From contig CBDBDQ010000005.1 of NCBI GenBank assembly GCA_965203905.1, forward strand, positions 1,920,001-1,984,000: a stretch of DNA of 64,000 nt. The letters are read 5' to 3'. The stretch's first letter is position 1; every line of letters starts with the position of its first letter. Source of the DNA: Spirochaetia bacterium (GTDB taxonomy: Bacteria; Spirochaetota; Spirochaetia; SZUA-6; Bin103). The translations under genes were made by a program, and so were the position numbers. The notes below the pieces were generated by a model that ran no database searches, had not been told where the DNA came from, and saw nothing but the letters and a program-made list of their open reading frames with translations. Of this stretch, positions 57,708 through 64,000 are shown one piece after another.

Positions 57708-58687
57708 TGACTGCTCCCGTGGCGGCTGGCGCCGGGTTTCGGGTCGGCCATGCCCGACATCCCCGACAGCTCACCGGATGCACCGTCATCCTTTGCCCCG
57801 AAGGCACCGTCGCCGGTGTCGACGTACGCGGCCCGGCGCCGGGTTCGCGGGAAACGGCCCTGCTGGCGGTGGACAAGCCGATCGCGCGCCTCGACGCGCT
57901 GCTGTTCACCGGTGGCAGCGCCTTCGGTCTGGCCGCCGCGGACGGCGTGATGCGCTATCTGGCCGAGCGTGGCCAGGGGCATCCTACCCGAGTCAAGCCG
58001 ATACCGCTGGTTGCCGCCAGCGTGATCTACGATCTGCTGCTGTCGGGCGGCGCCGCGTACCCCGAGGCTGAGCTGGGCTACGCGGCGTGCGGTGCGGCAC
58101 GGCCATTGCCGCTGCCGGCGGCCGCCCAGGGCAACGCCGGGGCCGGCACCGGCGCCAGCGTCGGCAAGTGGGGTGGTCCCGACGCGATGATGAAGGGCGG
58201 CGTCGGCTACGCCGAATGCAACGCCGCCGGCGCCCTGGTTGCCGCGGTGGCGGTGGTGAACTCCGTGGGAGACGTGCTGGACGCGGACGGCCGGGAGCTG
58301 GCCGGCGCCCGCGCCGCGGACGGCGGCTGGCTGGCGCGCCATACGCCGGAGCGCTGGCTGCCGCAGCAGGCGCTGGTGGTTGGCGCCGGCACCAACACCA
58401 CGCTGGTGGCGGTGCTCACCGACGCCACCATGAGCAAGCCCGAGGCCGGGCGCCTGGCGCAGCGCGCCCACGACGGCATCGCCCGCGCCGTGCTGCCCGC
58501 ACACACCACCAACGACGGCGATACCGCCTACGCCCTGGCCGCCGGGATCCGCGAGGCGCCGTTCGAGCTGATCGCGACCGTGGCGGTGGAGTGCGTCAGT
58601 GCGGCGACCCGCAACGCGGTCCGGTACGCCGCTCCGGTGGGGGGAGTGCCGGGCCTGGGGGCGGCGCCGGCCAGGTCCTCGGGATAG
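57707..58687 (+). CDS. P1/S58 (DmpA-like) aminopeptidase
   Basis: RVGH, TGCTVIL, VDVRGPAPGSRET, GGSAFGL, GAGTGA, NTTL, AHDG.ARA..PAHT..DGD. Confidence 0.9.
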   Translation: MTAPVAAGAGFRVGHARHPRQLTGCTVILCPEGTVAGVDVRGPAPGSRETALLAVDKPIARLDALLFTGGSAFGLAAADGVMRYLAERGQGHPTRVKPIPLVAASVIYDLLLSGGAAYPEAELGYAACGAARPLPLPAAAQGNAGAGTGASVGKWGGPDAMMKGGVGYAECNAAGALVAAVAVVNSVGDVLDADGRELAGARAADGGWLARHTPERWLPQQALVVGAGTNTTLVAVLTDATMSKPEAGRLAQRAHDGIARAVLPAHTTNDGDTAYALAAGIREAPFELIATVAVECVSAATRNAVRYAAPVGGVPGLGAAPARSSG

Positions 58688-58753
58688 CGCCCCGGAATCC
58701 GCCGCCCCACGGCGTCGTTTTCGGCCCAGCCCCGCCTACCGTACCCGACCGCG

Positions 58754-59698
58754 TCAGGTGGCGGCGGAGCGCACCCGGGCGAGCAGGTCGTCGGCGGTGG
58801 CGGCCAGGTCGAAGCGCGGCTCCCAGTCCCAGTCCCGGCGCGCGCTGGCATCGTGGTAGACGGCGGGCTGCACCGAGAGGATCTGCGTCGGCAGCTCCTG
58901 GGGCTCGAAACGGTACTCGAATCCCGGCACCCGCCGCGCCGCCGCCTGCGCCAGCTCGGCGGCACTGGCGGCAAACCCGTGCAGGTTGTAGACGCGGCGC
59001 GACAGACGTTCCTCGGGCGCCTCCGCCAGGCGCAGGATGCCGCCGGTCACGTCGCGCACGTAGATCAGCGATACGGCGACCTCGGGTGCGACCGGGAAGG
59101 TGAACGGCTCCCCGCGCGCCGCCGCCACGAAGACGTGCGACGCATAGGCGCTCACCGCGGCGGGCGGCGCGTAGGGCGACACCACGATCGGCAGGCGCAC
59201 GGCACGAAAGTCGAGCCCGCGGCTCAGGGCGAAGTAGGTGCCGACCCGCTCTACCGCCACCTTGGTGGCGCCGTAGATGTTGTCCGGCCATTGCGGGTGG
59301 TCCTCCGGCAGCGGATCGGGCAGGCGGCCGCCGTAGGTGGCCGAGGTGCTGGGAAAGAAGAAGCGCTGCACGCCGTGCGCGGCCGCCAGCTCCAGCAGCT
59401 CGACGGCGGCGCTGGCGTTGACGCGCCAGGCTCGCGGCGGGTCCGCCGCCGACGACATGGAGAGCAGCGACGCCATGTGCAGGATGCAGTGCGGCTGAAA
59501 CTCCGCCAGCAGCCGCGCCAGGCGGTCGCGGTCGGTGATGTCCGCCTGCAGCCAGGCGTCCGGCTGCTCCGGCGGCGGCGCGGCCAGGTCGACGCGCAGG
59601 GTCTCCTTGCCCCGGTTGTGCAGTTCTTCCACGAGTTGACGCGCCAGGTTGCCGCCGGCGCCGGTGACCAGATAGCGTTCCATGGTTGCTCGTTCCAA
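58754..59698 (-). CDS. NAD-dependent epimerase/dehydratase (threonine dehydrogenase-like SDR)
   Basis: LVTGAGGNL, HMASLLS, PSTSATYG, YGATK. Confidence 0.88.
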   Translation of the reverse strand: MERATMERYLVTGAGGNLARQLVEELHNRGKETLRVDLAAPPPEQPDAWLQADITDRDRLARLLAEFQPHCILHMASLLSMSSAADPPRAWRVNASAAVELLELAAAHGVQRFFFPSTSATYGGRLPDPLPEDHPQWPDNIYGATKVAVERVGTYFALSRGLDFRAVRLPIVVSPYAPPAAVSAYASHVFVAAARGEPFTFPVAPEVAVSLIYVRDVTGGILRLAEAPEERLSRRVYNLHGFAASAAELAQAAARRVPGFEYRFEPQELPTQILSVQPAVYHDASARRDWDWEPRFDLAATADDLLARVRSAAT

Positions 59699-59802
59699 TC
59701 CGCGCCGAGCATGCCACAGGGCGGCGCCGAGGTCACCTGCCGGGGTGCCGGGACGATGCCGGGACGTGACGTCCGCGGACGGTGCGCGTTACAGTTGGGC
59801 CC

Positions 59803-60339
59803 ATGGATGAACGCGTCGCCCAATACGTGCGCGAAACGGAGTCGTTCAAGAAGCGGCTGGGCGGCTTTGCCGCCGATCTGGACGCCGCCCAACTGCGGTG
59901 GACCCCTCCCGGAATCAATAATGGGATCGGCTGGCTGGTACGCCACTGCGCCGACGAGTTCTGGTTCTGCTACGGCCAGCTCTCCGGCGCCCGCGTCCCG
60001 GCGAACCTGAACCAGTCCGGGTTCCCGGTACCTGCCGCCGGCTTCCGCCCCGCCTCCGGCCGCCCCTATCGCTGGGGCTTCCTCAGCTTCGACTTCGACC
60101 GTGACGCGCCGGGTCCCGGCCCGACCGGTGTCGAACACGTCGCCTACCTGGACCGGGCGTGGCAGGCCCTGCGCGGGTTCGTGGTCGACCGCTACGGCGA
60201 GTGGGGGGACAAGCGCTACGTGAACTGGTCCGACCGGGAGTGTTCCGGCTGGTGGTTCCTCGACCACTTCCTGCTGGACACCGCGTGGCACACCGGCCAG
60301 GCCTCCTACCTGCGCAAGCTGCTGGACGCCGCGGCATAG
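59803..60339 (+). CDS. DinB-like protein
   Basis: NGIGWLVRHCA..E..W; H...DTAWHTGQ..YLRK. Confidence 0.75.
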   Translation: MDERVAQYVRETESFKKRLGGFAADLDAAQLRWTPPGINNGIGWLVRHCADEFWFCYGQLSGARVPANLNQSGFPVPAAGFRPASGRPYRWGFLSFDFDRDAPGPGPTGVEHVAYLDRAWQALRGFVVDRYGEWGDKRYVNWSDRECSGWWFLDHFLLDTAWHTGQASYLRKLLDAAA

Positions 60340-60346
60340 TAGCCGC

Positions 60347-61486
60347 ATGCCGCTGATTCTCGACTACGAGCCGACCGCCGCCCTGTACCGGCGCTGCGGC
60401 GAGGCGCGGCTCACCATGGCGCGCATCGGCTACAGCGACCAGCGTCACCTGCTCGGCATCGTCGAAGGCGCCGCCCGCTTCGCCCGCGACCACGCCATCG
60501 CCGAACTGCCGCTCGGCATCTTCAGCACCGTCGGCCACTACATCCTGCAGATGCTGCCCCGCTACCTGCGTGCTGACCACGTCATGCCGGCCGCCGGCGG
60601 CGACCCCGCGGCCTACCGCCGCCGGCTGCACCGCAACGCGCGGCTGGCAACCGGCTTCCTGGCCACCCTCACCAGCGCCGGCGACTCCGATTACGGCGCC
60701 GTGCACGTCATCCACCACTACGATCACGGCCATCACACCCTGCCCGGCGGGGTGCGCTCGCAGAACGAGCTGCTGCACGACCTGGAGTTCATCGACCTGT
60801 TCTCCAGCGTGATGTTCGACGACACCCACTCGCCGTTCGACGACAACGTCGCCAGCTCCGCCGAGTACCGCCGCTTCGTCGAGGCGTCGGGGCGCAGGAA
60901 GGTGATGGAGGGCTGCCTGGAGGAGGTGGCCGCCGGCGGCAAGGGGCTGGAAGCGAGTGCCAGCTCCGACCCGGACCAGATCGAGGAGTACCTGGCGCGC
61001 ACCGGGTTCGAGCTGGTGGTGCCCAACATCGGCACCGAGTCGGTCACCAACCGCCAGGTGGGCGTGCAGTGGCAGGTGCTCGAGGCACTGGCCGGGCGCG
61101 GCCTGGGGCAGCGCCTGGTGGTGCACGGCTTCAGCTCCGTGCGGCGGCTTGCGGTGACGGAACAACGCCGCCTGGGGGAGCTGGGGGTGGTGGCGATGAA
61201 CGCCTTCAGCTACATCCCGCAGGAGATCGGCCGCCGCCTGCTGCAGGAGGCCGCGGCGCTGCACGGCGCCCGCGACCCGGAACGCGGCTACCCCACCGGC
61301 TTCGCCGCCGACGGCACCCCGCGGTACCCGGATGCCGCCGGCCGCGGCGACGCCAACGTGTTCTTCGGCCCCCTGCTGGACCAACTCCGCGACCTGCAGG
61401 TGGAGCTGATCGCCGCCAGCGTCTACGAGATCCTGGACCACCTGGGCTACGCCCGCCTCGCCGGCCGCGGTGTTACCGAGGACTGA
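60347..61486 (+). CDS. Divergent class II aldolase (fructose/tagatose-bisphosphate aldolase-like)
   Basis: HYDHG, SSVMFDDTHSPFDDNV, VPNIGT, LVVHGFSS. Confidence 0.7.
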   Translation: MPLILDYEPTAALYRRCGEARLTMARIGYSDQRHLLGIVEGAARFARDHAIAELPLGIFSTVGHYILQMLPRYLRADHVMPAAGGDPAAYRRRLHRNARLATGFLATLTSAGDSDYGAVHVIHHYDHGHHTLPGGVRSQNELLHDLEFIDLFSSVMFDDTHSPFDDNVASSAEYRRFVEASGRRKVMEGCLEEVAAGGKGLEASASSDPDQIEEYLARTGFELVVPNIGTESVTNRQVGVQWQVLEALAGRGLGQRLVVHGFSSVRRLAVTEQRRLGELGVVAMNAFSYIPQEIGRRLLQEAAALHGARDPERGYPTGFAADGTPRYPDAAGRGDANVFFGPLLDQLRDLQVELIAASVYEILDHLGYARLAGRGVTED

Positions 61487-61528
61487 GAGCCTGTTTAATG
61501 GTAGACTGCAGGAGGAGGCAACCTGCAA

Positions 61529-62446
61529 GTGGCTCGCACAACCAAATCCCGAGCGGACTGGGCAGCCATCGCCGGCGATTGGTCGTTCAAGGGCCGTACT
61601 GCCAAATATACCGGAGCTACAGATGGTGCGGACGGCATAGCACTGTCACCTGACACGCTGCGCAGTGGACGGGTCTCTACGAAGGTACTCCTGAGCGATA
61701 CCGAACGATGTGTTGGACGCATCCTGCTCGGATACGACGCCGAAACAGAACGCTACTTTTCCGTTGGACTAGGGGGAGACAGTTCCGCCTACACGATTGA
61801 GGAATTCATGCCCAGCCAGGGACGACGGGAACCACTGGCGCGCAAGGGGGATGCATCTCAACTCGACAACGAGAACTGGTACGATGTCGAGGTTGAGCTT
61901 CGTGCCAGGAACATTGCGCTGACCGTGAATGGGATCCTGGTGATCAACCGGACGTTACCGTATAACCCCAGCGGTGCGCAGACGGGCTTGTTCGCTCGGG
62001 GCGATGGCGAAGTGCAGTTTGAAGGATTCAGGGTCGATGGGACCCGTCCGAAAGCATTCGTCGTAATGCAATTCGAAGAAACCTACGACAACCTGTATAG
62101 AGAGGTAATCCGACCTGTTTGCGAAAAAAGCGGGTTCCAGGTAGAGCGTGCCGATGACGTGTTTCGTCCCGGCACGATTCTACAGGACATCATCAATGGC
62201 CTCCTGGACTCGGACGTGGTGATTGCGGAGGTGTCGTCGGATAACCCCAACGTGTTCTACGAGCTTGGGTATGCTCATGCGCTTGACAAGCCAACAGTGC
62301 TACTTGCTCGTCATGGAGGGGATTTTCCATTCGATATCAGAGGCTTTCGCGTAATCTTCTACGATGACACCATAGGCGGCAAGCCGCAGGTCGAAGCAAC
62401 GCTTGACAAGCATCTATCGAACATCAAGCGCGGTCAGGTCGCGTAA
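61529..62446 (+). CDS. ConA/DUF1080-like domain fused to a nucleoside 2-deoxyribosyltransferase-like domain
   Basis: N-term beta-sandwich (WYDVEVE...LTVNG...GLF...VQFEGF); C-term AFVVMQF...ERADD...SDVVIAEVS..NPNVFYELGYAHA..KP...PFDI; lower GC. Confidence 0.7.
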   Translation: MARTTKSRADWAAIAGDWSFKGRTAKYTGATDGADGIALSPDTLRSGRVSTKVLLSDTERCVGRILLGYDAETERYFSVGLGGDSSAYTIEEFMPSQGRREPLARKGDASQLDNENWYDVEVELRARNIALTVNGILVINRTLPYNPSGAQTGLFARGDGEVQFEGFRVDGTRPKAFVVMQFEETYDNLYREVIRPVCEKSGFQVERADDVFRPGTILQDIINGLLDSDVVIAEVSSDNPNVFYELGYAHALDKPTVLLARHGGDFPFDIRGFRVIFYDDTIGGKPQVEATLDKHLSNIKRGQVA

Positions 62447-62449
62447 CTG

Positions 62450-62836
62450 ATGCCGCGCGTCGTACACTTCGAGATCCACGCGCAGGACCCCGAGCGCGCC
62501 GTCCGCTTCTACGAGCGGGTGTTTGGGTGGAGCGCGCAGCGCTGGGGCAGCGAGGAATACTGGCTGCTCACTACCGGCTCCGCCGAGGAGCGCGGCATCG
62601 ACGGCGCCATCCTGCCGCGCCGTGGCGACCCGCCGGCAGCAGGCGCGCCGGTGAGCGGCTACGTGTGCACGGTGGAGGTGAATGACCTCGACCGCTACCT
62701 GGCCGAGGCCACCGCCGCAGGCGGAACGATTGCCGTCGCCAAGCTGGCGGTGAAGGGGGTGGGCTGGCTGGCCTACTGCCGGGACACCGAGGACAACATC
62801 TTCGGCCTCATGCAGCCGGACCCCGCCGCCGCCTGA
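62450..62836 (+). CDS. VOC/glyoxalase family protein
   Basis: VVHFEI, FYERVFGW, GVGWLAY..DTEDNIFGL. Confidence 0.9.
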   Translation: MPRVVHFEIHAQDPERAVRFYERVFGWSAQRWGSEEYWLLTTGSAEERGIDGAILPRRGDPPAAGAPVSGYVCTVEVNDLDRYLAEATAAGGTIAVAKLAVKGVGWLAYCRDTEDNIFGLMQPDPAAA

Positions 62837-63007
62837 AACCTCGCCAGCCTGTCCGTCACCTGCCGCGGCCGGCGCCGCGGACGCGGAACCGACAACGCGT
62901 CCCAGGTCGCGGGCGTCGTGGCTCCGCAACCGCCGCCCGCGGCGGCTCCGATGTTACACATAATTAACGTGGTGTTTGCTTTGAGCGACATACGGTACGG
63001 TACACTT

Positions 63008-64000
63008 ATGCGCATGTGTGGATTTCCAAGGACCAGAGGGAAGAACTGGGCGTCCCTGCTCGCCGCCGCGGTTCTGATTCTGATACCCGGCAGCGTCCTG
63101 TGGGCGGCCGGCGTCGCGGACGAGGAGATGTCCGAGGGCGAGGCGATGAGCGAGCGCGAGAGGGCGCGCGCCGAGATCCTCGCCAAGATGACCGAGCGCC
63201 CCGGCGGCAAGGAATGGGAGCTGGGCACCGTCCGCGGTACCTGGCTCAGCTCGATCAACAACGACCCCAAGAGCTTCAACACCATGCTGGCGCGCGACGG
63301 CGACACCGCGGCCGTGGTCGGCGTGCTGTTCGACTACCTGGCCGATTACGATCCCTACACCCGCGAGTTCAAGCCCAACCTGGCCAGCTTCGAGGTGGAG
63401 GTGGACGAGGAGGCCGATACCCTCACGGTGACCTATACCCTGCGCGACGACCTCTACTGGACTGCCCTCGCCGATCCCGAATCCCGGGTGCAGGTGACCG
63501 CCGACGACATCGTGTTCTGGTATGACGAGATCGAAGGCGACCAGGAGCTGCAGCAGCCCGGCTATGCCGGACAGTTCATCGAGATGCCGGACGGCTCGGA
63601 GGCGCGCATCGAGGTGACGCGGATCGACGATTTCACGGTGGCGTTCCACTACCCGCGCATCGTCGCCAACCCGATCCTGTCCACCAACATGGAATTCGGC
63701 CCGCGCTACCTGTACGAGCCGGCCAAGCAGGAGGGCGGCGCCGAGGGCGTGCTCAACCTGTTCAGCATCGACACCGATCCCGCCACCATCCCCTCCATCG
63801 GCCAGTACTACATCGCAGAGTATGAGCCGGGAGTACGCGTGGTCCTGCAGCGCAATCCCAACTACTGGAAGAAGGATGCGGCCGGCGTCACGCTGCCCTA
63901 CATCGAGCGCGTGATCTACCAGATCGTTCCCGACAAGAACACCGAGTTTCTGCTGTTCAAGGAGGGTAACAAGGATTCTTACGGGCTGCGGCCCGAGGAC
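63008..64000 (+). CDS. Peptide/nickel ABC substrate-binding protein (partial)
   Basis: Manual translation: signal peptide, NDPKSFN, PNLA, TYTLRDDLYW, VTADDIVF, SIGQY, LQRNPNYW.KD..G..LPYIE. Confidence 0.88.
   Translation, partial: MRMCGFPRTRGKNWASLLAAAVLILIPGSVLWAAGVADEEMSEGEAMSERERARAEILAKMTERPGGKEWELGTVRGTWLSSINNDPKSFNTMLARDGDTAAVVGVLFDYLADYDPYTREFKPNLASFEVEVDEEADTLTVTYTLRDDLYWTALADPESRVQVTADDIVFWYDEIEGDQELQQPGYAGQFIEMPDGSEARIEVTRIDDFTVAFHYPRIVANPILSTNMEFGPRYLYEPAKQEGGAEGVLNLFSIDTDPATIPSIGQYYIAEYEPGVRVVLQRNPNYWKKDAAGVTLPYIERVIYQIVPDKNTEFLLFKEGNKDSYGLRPED

Noticed and set aside
44693-61528. Many long overlapping Arg/Ala/Pro-rich ORFs (e.g. 48046-50145, 53745-55442, 55150-56796, 60083-61528)
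   Set aside because: Alternative-frame or antisense shadows of well-supported genes in high-GC DNA

Overview
High-GC bacterial DNA. The host is probably a host-associated Spirochaetota lineage such as a sponge symbiont; this is inferred from the spirochaete-type SSB N-terminus (NNLNSVLIEGNL), Treponema-like beta-barrel and M30 lipoproteins, and collagen/Calx-beta/coiled-coil cargo. Bases 1-~40756 are the right part of a large integrated mobile element whose left end lies outside the window. In order it carries a DUF4238-like gene, a Zn-finger/TOPRIM primase-helicase, and a ~7.5 kb operon of small phage-like genes (RadC-JAB, SSB, two DUF6197-like paralogs) ending in a XerC/D-like recombinase. 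Next come a VapE-like ATPase with an iteron-like cluster, four terminase-small-subunit-like HTH proteins, and ~16 kb of partly duplicated secreted/lipoprotein cargo. The element ends with an all-in-one sensor kinase-response regulator, AlpA and a P4-like integrase. No capsid, portal, tail, relaxase or T4SS genes are recognisable. The right junction cuts into an HNH-endonuclease gene whose intact paralog lies at 55397-57031. The remainder is mostly chromosomal (ABC exporter, arfB, molybdo-hydroxylase, metG, mazG, tRNA-Leu(CAG), metabolic genes) plus two low-GC candidate defence inserts. The main unexplained signals are: three tRNA-like T-arm elements, each followed by a hairpin, RBS and gene; a 193-bp-period repeat pair with covarying alternative stems; integration into a multicopy HNH gene; and a repeated scaffold holding different cargo genes. 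All family calls come from motif recognition by eye, not database searches. Several single-base frameshifts may be assembly errors.
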